Positions 1 to 9,484 of a DNA stretch of 20,000 nt are shown piece after piece. The DNA is from Chiloscyllium plagiosum (lineage: Eukaryota), in NCBI RefSeq assembly GCF_004010195.1, contig NC_057749.1:10947214-10967213 (forward strand), written 5' to 3'. Position numbers and translations under genes: made by a program. Each line of letters begins with the position of its first letter. Within the stretch, counting starts at the first letter, position 1. A model generated the notes under the pieces. That model did no database searches and had not been told where the DNA came from. It saw only the letters and a list, made by a program, of their open reading frames with translations.

Positions 1-29
1 GACCAGGTTTCCTCAACTGAAATAGTCTG

Positions 30-412
30 ATTTGTCTGTCCCATATCCCTCTTAATCTTTCCTAAACATGGACCTGTACAAATATCTCTTAAATGTAGTA
101 ATTGTACCCACCTCTACCACTTCCTCTGGCAGCTTATTTCATATAGGTACCACCCTCTGTGTGAAAACGTTGCTTCGTAGAGCCCTTTTAAATCTTACCC
201 CTTTCACCTTAAACCAATGCCCTCTAATTCTGGACTTGCCCCACCACCAGGGAAAAACCTTGTCTATTTACCCAATCCATGACCCTCATTTTATAAATCT
301 CTCTAAGTTCATCCCTCAGCCTTCTAAGCTTCAGGGGACAAAGTCCCAGTCTATCCAGCCTGTTCTTATAACTCAAACTTTCTTGTCTCGGTAACATCCT
401 TGTAAATCTTGT
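30..412 (-). mobile_element. CR1-clade LINE, 3' end fragment (ORF2 C-terminus plus 3'UTR), decayed
   Basis: Minus translation RFTRMLP..LSYKNRLDRLGL..LKLRRLR matches the CR1 ORF2 C-terminal motif repeated at 7950-8130 and 11507-12133. Confidence 0.85.
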
Positions 413-939
413 TCTTAGTAAATAAACACAGTGACTGACACTGAACAAACTTTTGTCTTCATGGATATTATCAGAAATGAACAATTATTTTTGTTGACTG
501 GATTCCCTTTTAATGTGGAAGGTTTTGTCATTATTTGTAAGTCAAACCCAAAGCAACTGCTCCATGAGTGGTGGTGTTCGCCACAATGCAGACTTCAACA
601 AAATAAATGCTGTTTGTTTTTTATGTCAATACATACCTCCAATAAAACCAATTAAAAGTTCCGAACTGCAATTGGTTGGCAACTTTGAGATTTTGTTGTA
701 AACATTTGAAACTATTACCATTACTTTTTTTTAACCATCCTGGTAGGTAACCGACCAGGTTTTAGTTACCGGTATTTACATTAAAATGAAAAGCACGGGT
801 GTCTTGGCTAAGAGCAAAGGATAGGGCACAAGTCAAACCTTATGCAAAATATTTTGAGGATTTACCTTGATTTATACTTTTTTTTGCATGAAACAAGCCA
901 AGTCAGGTATAAAGCACTTTCTACTTGAATTTTGTGGGA

Positions 940-1145
940 CGGTTTAGTTCAGTTGGGTGGTTGTTCCTGGTTTACAATATAGTGTAATGGCCACAGTGTA
1001 GGTTCAATTCCTGCTATGGCTGATGTAACATATTCTCCTTCTTAACTTCTCTCTTCAGCTGAGGTGTGGTGACCCTCAGGATACAGCTCTCTCTCTCTAA
1101 TGAGAGAGCAGCACCATGGCCTGGTAAGACTATGGCTACTTTTCT
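940..1145 (+). mobile_element. tRNA-derived SINE (shark family), decayed
   Basis: A-box-like TAGTTCAGTTGG (~945) and B-box-like GGTTCAATTCC (1001-1011); related head at ~18200; body has short hairpins CTGAGG..CCTCAG and CTCTCTC..GAGAGAG. Confidence 0.65.
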
Positions 1146-1374
1146 TTATTCAAATATATAACTGCAGACAAGCACTCCTTATTTTAGTCAGAGTCATCTT
1201 TTTGTTTATTACAAGAGCTTTAATGGACAGTCTTGTATTGTTAAATTGGGCCAAAACTGTCCAAACATGTATTAAGAGCAATTATATGTAACAGGGGAGA
1301 CTTGAATCTCAAAGGTTTACACTAAATTTAAGCCCAGGTCACTTTACTAGGTTGTAAGCAATTCTTTAAACTGT

Positions 1375-2480
1375 GAAGCATAGAAACAATGACTAGGAGT
1401 AGACCATTCAGCCCTTTGAGTCTGCTCTGCCAATTAATATGATCATGATTGATGCTATATCTCAATGCCAGATTCCTGCTTTCTCTCCATTATCTGCGCT
1501 GCCTTTAACATCAGAAAATTTATCAATTTCCTTTTTGACTCAGTGACAAGGTCTCCACAGCCTTCTGTAATAGTGAATTCCACAGGTTGACCACTCTCCA
1601 AGTTAAGAAATTATTGTTCATCTCAGTCTTAAATGGCCTACCCCATATCCTGAGACTGTGTCCCCTTGTTCTTAACTTGTCAGACAGGGGAAATACCCTC
1701 TCTGCATCTAGTCTGAGTAGCCTTGTTAACATTTTATGCATTCCAATCAGATCCCTTCATATTCTTCTAAACTCTAGTGAAAACAAGCTCAGTCTCTCAT
1801 TATAAGATTGCCCAGTAACCCCTGGTATCAGTCCAGTGACCCTCCGCTGCACTGTCTCCAAAGCAAGTATATCCTTTTTTAGACAGGGAACCCAAAATTG
1901 CACAAGATACTTCAGGTGTGGTCTTATGAAGACCCTGTATAACCGTAATATGACATTCCTGCTCTGAACTCAAATCCTCTTGCAAAATACCATTTGCCTT
2001 CCTAACTGCTTGTTTGTCTACTTTCATTGACTGGATGTACAACTGACGTACAAATCGCTTTGCACATCCACATTACCCAATCTATCACCATTTAAATAAT
2101 ATTCTGCCTTCCCATTTTTCACACCAGCATGTATAACTTTACATTTATCCAGCAGCTACCATTTATTTGCTCACACACTCAACTTGTTTAAATCATGTTG
2201 AAGCCACTTACATACTACTCATAACTCACAATCCTACCAGTTTTGTGACGTCAGTAAACTTGGCTTTATTGCATTTGGCTTCCTCATCAAGGTCAATTAT
2301 AGGCATTCTGAATAACTGGGGCCCAAACATTAAACAGTCAAGCATGGTACCCCACTGGAAACTGTCACCCAGAAAACAATTATTCTATTTCCTGTCTGTT
2401 GAATAATTCTCCATCCTGCGATATGTTACTCCAATCCTATGTGCTTTAATTTTGCTCACCAGCTTTTTATGTGGGATCCA
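1375..2480 (-). mobile_element. CR1-clade LINE 3' part (RT C-terminal region to 3'UTR), decayed
   Basis: Minus ORF 1523-1741 RTRGHSLRIWGRPFKTEM...RVVNLWNSL is the typical CR1 ORF2 end; many stops and frameshifts. Confidence 0.85.
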
Positions 2481-2482
2481 TG

Positions 2483-4250
2483 TTAATACTTGAGAAGTGT
2501 GGTGCTGGAAAAACAGGCCAGGCAGCAGGAGAATCGACGTTTCGGGCATAAGCCCTTCTTCAGGAATGAGGCTGGTGTGCCAAGCGGGCCGAGATAAAAG
2601 GTAGGGGGGAGGGAATTTGGGGGAGGGGTGCTGGGAATACGATAAGTGGAAGGAGGTGAGGGTGAGGTGACTTCGGCAGAGTGGGAGGGGGAGTTGAAAT
2701 GTTGGGCCACAGGGCGGTGGGGTTGATTGGTGCGGGTGTCCTGGAGATGTTCCCTAAAGCGCTCTGCTAGGAGGCGTCCAGTCTCCCCAATGTAGAGGAG
2801 ACCGCATCGGGAGCAACAGATACAGTGAGTGATATTGGTGGATGTGCAGGTAAAACTTTGATGGATGTGGAAGGCTCCTTTTGAGCCTTGGATGGAGGTG
2901 AGGGAGGAGATGTGGGCGCAGGTTTTGCAATTTCTGCGGTGGCAGGGGAACGTGCCAGGATGAGAGGGTGGGTTGTAGGGGGGGCGTGGACCTGACCAGG
3001 TAGTCACGGAGGGAACGGTCTTTGCGGAAGGTGGAAAGGGGTGGGGAGGGAAATATATCCCTGGTGGTGGGGTCTGTTTGGAGGTGGCGGAAATGTCAGC
3101 GGATGATTTGGTTTATGCGAAGGTTGGTAGGGTGGAAGGTGAGCACCAGGGGTGTTCTGTCCTTGTTACAGTTGGAGGGGTGGGGTCTGAGGACGGAGGT
3201 GCGGGATGTGGATAAGATGCGTTGGAGGGCATCTTTAACCACGTGGGAATGGAAATTGCGGTCTCTAAAGAAGGAGGCCATCTGGTGTGTTCTGTGGTGG
3301 AACTAGTCCTCCTGGAAGCAGATATGGCAGAGGCGGAGGAATTGGGAATACAGGATAGCATTTTTGCAGGAGGTAGGGTGGGAAGGGGTGTAATCCAGGT
3401 AGCTGTGGGAGTCGATAGGGTTTGTAAAAAAATGTCAGTATCAAGTCAGTCGTCATTAATGGAGATGGAGAGGTCCAGGAAGGAGAGGGAGGTATCAGAG
3501 ATGGTCCAGGTAAATTTAAGGTCAGGGTGGAATGTGTTGTTGAGGTTGATGAATTGCTCAACCTCCTCGTGGGAGCACAAGGTGGCACCAATGCAGTCAT
3601 CAATGTAGCGGAGGAAGGGGTGGGGAGTGGTGCCAGTGTAATTATGGAAGATCAACTGTTCTACGTAGCCAACAAAGAGACAGGCATAGCTGGGGGCCAT
3701 ACGGGTGCCCATGGCTACCCCATTGGTCTGGAGTAAGTGGGAAGATTCGAAGGAGAAATTGTTAAAGGTGAGGACCAGTTCGGCCAAACGAATAAGAGTG
3801 TCGGTGGAAGGGTACTATTGGGGACGGCGGGAGAGGAAGTAACGGAGGGCTTGGAGGCCCTGGTCATGGCAGATGGAGGTGTAGAGGGACTGGATATCCA
3901 TGGTGAAGATGAGGCATTGGGGGCCGGGGAAACGGAAGTCTTGGAGGAGGTGGAGGGCGTGGGTGGTGTCTTGAGTATGTGGGGAGTTCCTGGACTAGGG
4001 GGTATAGGATAGTGTTGAGGTAGGTAGAAATGAGTTCAGTGGGGTAGGGGCATGCTGAGACAATGGGTCAGCCAGGGTGGTCAGGCTTGTGGATCTTGGG
4101 AAGGAGGTAGAACCGGGCAGTGCGGGGTTCCCGGACTATGAGGTTGGAAGCTGTGGGTGGGAGATCTCCTGAGGTGATGAGGTTCTGCATGGTCTGGGAG
4201 ATGATGGTTTGGTGATGGGGGGGTGGGGTCATGGTCGACGGGGCGGTAGG
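2483..4250 (-). mobile_element. Penelope-like retroelement (RT plus GIY-YIG endonuclease), 5'-truncated and frameshifted
   Basis: RT motifs QTNGVAMGTRMAPSYACLFVG and FLRYIDDCIG (3446-3787); RFYLLPKIHKP (~4080-4120); CxxC-containing GIY-YIG region CSRCGLLYIGETGRLLAERFREH (~2740-2830); C-rich 3' region ending in a hammerhead motif. Confidence 0.93.
2532..2567 (-). ncRNA. Minimal type I hammerhead ribozyme motif at the PLE terminus
   Basis: Minus strand ATTC-CTGAAGA-A-GGGC-TTAT-GCCC-GAAA-C-GTC-GATT: CUGANGA and GAAA boxes, 4-bp stem II, GUC cleavage triplet, ACGT palindrome in place of stem III. Confidence 0.8.
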
Positions 4251-5790
4251 TTGGCAAGGGGCATGGGACGTTCTGCAGCAAAAGTCGATTGCCAGAATAT
4301 TATCATGGCCCATTGTCTCTGCAGTATTCAGTTTCTCCAACTGTTTCTTGATATCATGTGGAGTGAATCGAATTGGCCAAAGACTGGCATCTATGATGCT
4401 GGGGTCCTCATAGAAGGCCAAGGCAGATCAACAACCAGCATTTCTGACCAAAGATTATTTTGAATGCATCAGCCCAATGTTTGCACTAAAATGCTGGGCT
4501 CTCTTATCATTGAGGATGAAGATATCTTTGGAGTCTCCTCCTCCTCCAGTAAGCTTTTTAATTCACCATCACCATTCGTGCTGGAAGTAGCAGGATTGCA
4601 GAGCTTAGATCTGATCCATAGGACATGGAATCTCTTAGCTCTGTCTATCATTTGCTGCTTATGTCACTTAGCACTCAGGTAGCCCTGTTTGTAGCTTCAC
4701 TTGGTGCACAACGCATTTTTAGATATATTTGATGATGCCCCTAGCAGTCATCCTTCACAGCATCATACCTCCAGAAGATATCCTTTGGCCCATCAAGTCT
4801 GTATCACCAAAAATGCACTCCTACCTATACTATTCCTAGTTTCCCATATTAGGCACTTGAAGTGCTCATCCAAGTATGTTTTAAAGGTCCCACCTCACCT
4901 ATCCTCCCAGGTTGTGCAATGTTCATTGAACCACAGTTCAATGAACCCTGGCTTGATCATCTTGGTAGATTGGGGGAATGTGCTGACCTATGAGCTAGCA
5001 GATTGTATTGGAGTACGATTTTGCAGTTGCTGATGGCCCATGGTGTCTCATGGAACCCAGTCTTAAGTTGCTACATCTGCTCTGGTACTCTCAGTATGAA
5101 GATGGGACTTTGGTGGACTGTGTGGTGGTCAGTCTTACTAAATTAAAACAAAGAATTGTAGATGCTAGAACTCTGAAACAAAAACAGAAAGTGCTGGAGA
5201 AACTCAGCAGATCTGGCAGCAAATTAGAGAGAAAAACAGAGTTAACATTTTGCATCCATTGATGAAGAATCACCATTCCCTTATCACCTACCACAGACCT
5301 ACTCAAGTAGCAAACTTCTTTAGGACTCGACCAGTTGAATCAGTAGTACTGCTATCAAGCCACTCTTGGTGTTGGACATTGAAATCTCCCACCCAGAGTA
5401 CATTTTGTGCCCTTGCCAGTCTCTGTGTTTCCTCCAAGTGTTGTTCAACATGTAGGAGTATTGATTCATTAGCTGAGGGAAGATGGTACATGGTAATCTG
5501 CAAGAGTTTTTTCCTTCCCCATGTTGACCTGATACCATGAGATTTCATGGGGTCCAGAGTTAATGTTGAGGACTCCCAGGTCTGCTCCCTTTTGACTTTA
5601 TCTCATTGTACCATCACTTCTGCTAATCTGACTTGTCAGTGGGACTAGACATTCCTAGGGATGGAAATGGTGATTTTTGTGACTCTATAGGTAAGGTATC
5701 ATTCAAGAATATGTTGTTTGACTAGTTGTCCAATTTTGGCACTAGTCCTCAAGCTTTTCAGGGTTGACAGGGTTATGTTTGACTGTCCTC
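4250..5790 (-). mobile_element. Second LINE family (CR1/L2 group), APE endonuclease and linker region, heavily decayed and interrupted
   Basis: VLWVGDFNVQHQEWL (GDFN motif of APE endonuclease; ORF 5303-5548) and IRFTPHDIKKQLEKLNTAETMGHDNI (pre-RT region); interrupted at ~4770-4910 and ~5144-5262. Confidence 0.8.
5144..5262 (-). mobile_element. Terminal fragment of a second PLE-like family, degenerate hammerhead 3' half
   Basis: GTGCTGGAGAAACTCAGCAGATCTGGCAGCA parallels the terminus at 7719-7748; GTTAACATTTT lies where the reverse complement of GAAACGTY is expected. Confidence 0.55.
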
Positions 5791-5844
5791 CAAAATGGTC
5801 TAAACATCCCATACAATAATAAATAAACAATGATTGATGTTTAC

Positions 5845-5998
5845 CTTGAATTGTTCAGTGATGATGTCTTTATTAGGGTAATTCATGATTGCTCGGCCTA
5901 CTGTCTCACCTCCAAGCTTTATGCTATCCTTAGATTCCTCCAGGGTTATCCCAGATTTCTTTCCTTTTCCCTCTAGTATGAATTGCAGCTGTTTCTTC
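5845..5998 (-). CDS. Internal coding exon (154 bp, phase 2 to phase 0) of an unidentified host gene: KKQLQFILEGKGKKSGITLEESKDSIKLGGETVGRAIMNYPNKDIITEQFK
   Basis: Acceptor ttttgtttctcttttttctcag|G, donor AAG|gtaaac, open frame, no resemblance to flanking repeats, phase-compatible with exon 17598-17707. Confidence 0.85.
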
Positions 5999-6019
5999 CT
6001 GAGAAAAAAGAGAAACAAA

Positions 6020-6168
6020 ATACTAAAAGCAGTAGCTGTAAAGATAATTGATGGGTTGGTGGTCACCTTTCAAAATTCTATAGATTCTGGAATAGTTCCT
6101 GCAGGTTGGCAGGTGACAGGCCACGTTATTTAAGAAAGAAGGGAGAAAGAAAACAGGGAGCTACATAG
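6020..6168 (+). mobile_element. Short CR1 ORF2 fragment
   Basis: ILKAVAVKIIDGLVVTFQNSIDSGIVPAGW resembles the CR1 pre-RT motif (compare 13341-13622). Confidence 0.75.
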
Positions 6169-6289
6169 GGACAGTGTTTTCTTTTATGGAGATGACAGCT
6201 TAACTCACTTGCTACTAATTCATTGTATCAGCAAGGACTGAAACATAGGCTTCAATGGCAACATACGCACACTCTCAGTTAAGCACTAT

Positions 6290-7345
6290 CAAATGGAGTT
6301 TTTTTTTTAACCAACCTGTTGAGGAAGAAAAAGTAGACATATGATGCATACCAGAATAACAGCAATAAAAAAATCAGGAAGAGTATTTCAAATACAGGAG
6401 AAAGGCTAACTTTGAGAATAAAGGCGGCTAAGACGAAGCATGAGGAAAGGATGACAGGCTGTGCTAAAACAAGTAATAAAATGTTCTTCAAGCATGTTAA
6501 TAGTATAATATTAGAGTGGGGCCCACTCTAAGCTGGGTAAGCTGCTCACTGAAGCAAAGGATATGGCAGAGGTACTAAATGAATATTTTGCTTCTGTCTT
6601 TCCCAAATTAGAAGATGGTGACAATGCCCCAGTTGAAAATATGGATGCTGAGCAACCGAACAATTTCATGAAAGATAAAGAAGTGCCAAAAACGCTGGCA
6701 GCACTCCAGGTAGAGAGGTTGCCATGCTCAGATGGGATACATCCTAGATTGCTGAAAGCGTTAAGGGAGCAAACTGCAATGCCGTTGACAGAAATTTTCA
6801 AGAAGCTCTGTGCACAGGATTCGTCCTGGTAGTCTGGAGGATTGTAAATGTGACACCATTGTTTAAGAAAGGGACAAAGAGCAACAGGGGTAACTACAGA
6901 CCTGTCAGTTTGATATTAATAGGCGGAAAACTGATGGAGGCCAGAATACAGGATAAAGTATTATACACTTAGAGAAAAATAAGCTAATACCAGACAGTCA
7001 ACATACCTTTGTTAGGGCAGGTCACGCCTGACAAATTCAACTGAATTCTTTGACAAAGTGACATAGACAGTGGATGAGGGTAATACTGTGGATGTTGTAT
7101 ACAGTCAGTTCTTCTATAACACGATGGTTGCATTCTTGTGCAAGCCCACATTTTAGAAAAATCATGCTTTAGAAACAACATTTAAAGTATTGGTGCTGTA
7201 ATCGCATTACAGTCAACACCCATTTTAAAAGTTTGCGCTGTAGGTTAGTGAGCAAATTAGAAATGATTGGGATTGATAGCATGGCAGCATGGATCAGAAG
7301 TTGATTAAAAGATTGGAAACAGAGGCCAAGTATAAATGAACATCT
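6290..7345 (+). mobile_element. CR1 LINE ORF2 fragment (linker plus RT N-terminus), decayed, interrupted at 7102-7240
   Basis: MAEVLNEYFASVF, DGIHPRLLK, NVTPLFKKG, NYRPVSL and VDEGNTVDVVY motifs. Confidence 0.85.
7102..7240. mobile_element. Probable Tc1/mariner (Tigger/pogo-like) DNA transposon remnant
   Basis: Non-LINE insert beginning TA|CAGTCAGTTCTTCTATAAC and ending CTG|TA; only 3 bp of terminal inversion remain. Confidence 0.45.
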
Positions 7346-7763
7346 CCCTGGATTCGTGATCTAACTTTGCTAACTAGTCTACCATGTGGAACCTTGTCGA
7401 ACGTATTGTTGAAGTCCATATAGACAACTTCCACTGCTCTGCCTTCATCAATCTTCTTTGTCACTTCTTCAAAAACGTTACTTCAATCAAGTTACTGAGA
7501 CATGATTTCCCAATCACAAAGCCACACTGACTATCCCTAATCAGTCCTTGCCTTTCGAAATACACATAAACCATGTCCCACCAACAACTTACCCATCACT
7601 GATGGCAGGCTCACCGGTCTATAGTTCCCTGGCTTTTCCTTAAATAATGGCACCACATTCGCCACCCTCCAGTCTTCCAGCACCTCAACCATGGCTATGA
7701 ATGAGTCAAAAGACGGAATGCTGGAAAAGCACAGCCAGTCAGGCAGCATCCGAGGAGCAGGAG

Positions 7764-7799
7764 AGTCGACATTTCGAGCGTAAGCTCTTCATTAAGAAT
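7764..7799 (-). ncRNA. Degenerate hammerhead motif (core mutated)
   Basis: ATTC-TTAATGA-A-GAGC-TTAC-GCTC-GAAA-T-GTC-GACT; stem II intact, CUGA box altered. Confidence 0.55.
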
Positions 7800-7809
7800 G
7801 TGGCTTTTC

Positions 7810-7844
7810 ATTCCTGATGAAAAGGTATGCTTGAAACGTCAACT
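7810..7844 (+). ncRNA. Minimal hammerhead motif (core intact, weakened stems)
   Basis: ATTC-CTGATGA-A-AAG-GTATG-CTT-GAAA-C-GTC-AACT. Confidence 0.65.
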
Positions 7845-7939
7845 ATTCTGCTCCTCGGATGCTGCCTAACCGGCTGTGCTTTCCCAGCACCCCATTTTTT
7901 GAATCTGATCTCCAGCATCTGCAGTCTCCACTTTCTCCC

Positions 7940-8220
7940 ATGAGATGTTGTGAAACTTGAAAGGGTTCAGAAAAGATTTACAAGGATGTTGCCAGAGTTG
8001 GAGGATCTGAGCTATAGGGAGAGGCTGAACAGGCTGGGGCTGTTTTCCCTGGAGCATCAGAGACTGAGGGGTGACCTTATAGAGGTTTACAAAATTATGA
8101 GGGGCATGGATAGGATAAATAGACAAAGTCTTTTCCCTGGGGTATATCTGGTCAGCATGGACAGGTTGGACCGAAGGGTCTGTTTCCATGCTGTACATCT
8201 TTATGACTATGACTCTATGA
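7940..8220 (+). mobile_element. CR1/HER1-like LINE 3' end with (CTATGA)-like tail
   Basis: LERVQKRFTRMLPELEDLSYRERLNRLGLFSLEHQRLRGDLIEVYKIMRG, internal deletion, tail GACTATGACTCTATGA. Confidence 0.9.
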
Positions 8221-8509
8221 TTACTAATGATACAAATATCTTATCAAGGGGCCGATCAATCATTTCCTTCGTTTCGCACAAAGATCTAGGATAAACCAGA
8301 TTATGTCCCAGGGATTTATGCATCTTTATGCATTTTAAGATATCCGGCACCACCCCCTCTGTAATATGGACACTTTTCAAGAAATCACTATTTACTTTTC
8401 CAAGTTCTTTAGTTTCCATGTCCGACTTCACAGTAAATACTGACGTAAAATACTCATTAAGTATCTCACCCACCTCTGTGGTTCCACACATAGACGGCCT
8501 TGTTGATAT

Positions 8510-8710
8510 GATATGGAATGCACTGCCTGAGAGAGTGGTGGGGGTTTCAAGAGAGATCTGGATATATATTTGAAAGTGATGAAGTTAGAGGAATATGAAG
8601 ATAGGCCTGGAGAATGGGACTAGTTGGGTAGCTCTTTTGGAAGTCGGTACAAACACGATAAGTCAAATGACCTCCTTCTGTACTGTAAAATTCTGTGATT
8701 CTATGTTATG
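8510..8710 (+). mobile_element. CR1 3' end and 3'UTR fragment
   Basis: IWNALPERVV motif followed by 3'UTR and TTCTGTGATTCTATG tail. Confidence 0.8.
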
Positions 8711-8912
8711 ACACACCTTGAAGCAGGCCTTCACACTACCACTGCACCACAAGAGCCCTCAGAGCAATGGTCTGACCTAACTGAAGGATGCAACATGCCT
8801 GCATGAACAATTAACATATTTTTTATTCTCAGCAAATTAAACATTAAGTCACTATTACAAAATTAGAAGAAGCCGAATCTGCAATTTGGTAAAAAACCAA
8901 AAATCACTTAGG

Positions 8913-9016
8913 AAGGGCTCTTGAGGTGTAGCGGTAGTGCCCCTACCTTTGAGCCAATAGGCCCAGGTTCAATTCCCACCTGCCCCAGAGGTGTTTCATA
9001 ACATCCCTGAATGGGC
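8913..9016 (+). mobile_element. tRNA-derived SINE head
   Basis: A-box-like GGTGTAGCGGT and B-box GGTTCAATTCCC (~8966); related pieces at ~8734-8760 (minus) and ~16330-16425. Confidence 0.65.
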
Positions 9017-9024
9017 TTTTTTTT

Positions 9025-9105
9025 AAAGGAAAACAGAAAGTACCAGCAATAATTATCAACTCAACAGGCATCTGTGGGGAAAGAACAGAGTTAAAAATTG
9101 TTAGA
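9025..9105 (-). mobile_element. Very decayed PLE-terminal fragment (same type as 5144-5262)
   Basis: AAAACAGAAAGT...GGCATCTGTGGGGAAAGAACAGAGTTAA aligns by eye with 5181-5245. Confidence 0.45.
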
Positions 9106-9484
9106 TCACTGGTTCTCAATTTTTAGACTACTCTGTAGATCACTTTGATGATGCAAAAGACCCCATTTAGATCACCTACCTGCTCTATCCAGTTGTTTTT
9201 TGCTTGCCACCACAATAAAATAAAAATCAGAATTAAAGGGACCAATGGTTTTTGATGAGACACTGAAGAGGTGAGCCTTCTAGCTCCACGCTGAAGAGCA
9301 TCAATCTGATTTTAGGCTCCACATTCACAAGTTTCTCTTTTTCTGAATTATAAGCCCCATTAGTATTGGAAATCTGATCTTACAGCTGTATTTCATTTTT
9401 TCAAGGCATCCATCACGAGCTGCTCCAAGATTTAATGCTATTTACAGTTGTCCTGGAGAGGTCATAGTGAGCCATCTTTGCGTA

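Larger units (their letters stand above)
7705..7938. mobile_element. Non-autonomous palindromic PLE derivative (two inverted copies of the PLE terminus)
   Basis: Arms 7719-7800 and 7809-7889 are imperfect reverse complements (AGGCAGCATCCGAGGAGCAG is a perfect 20-bp match); both resemble 2500-2568. Confidence 0.85.
7350..8510 (-). mobile_element. CR1 ORF2 fragment split by a nested insert (~7700-8220)
   Basis: EVGEILNEYFTSVFT (8207-8491) continues across the insert into LEDWRVANVVPLFK..PGNYRPVSL (7537-7700). Confidence 0.85.

Noticed and set aside
638..721. Possible minus-strand exon ending GGAG|GTATGT (MVIVSNVYNKISKLPTNCSSELLIGFIG)
   Set aside because: Good donor, but no convincing acceptor and no phase-0 entry matching the 5845 donor.
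2600..2725. G-quadruplex-like G-runs on the plus strand
   Set aside because: Simply the complement of the C-rich PLE 3' region; no independent sign of function.
3022..4012. Plus-strand ORFs of 69-128 aa
   Set aside because: Antisense shadows of the PLE RT region.
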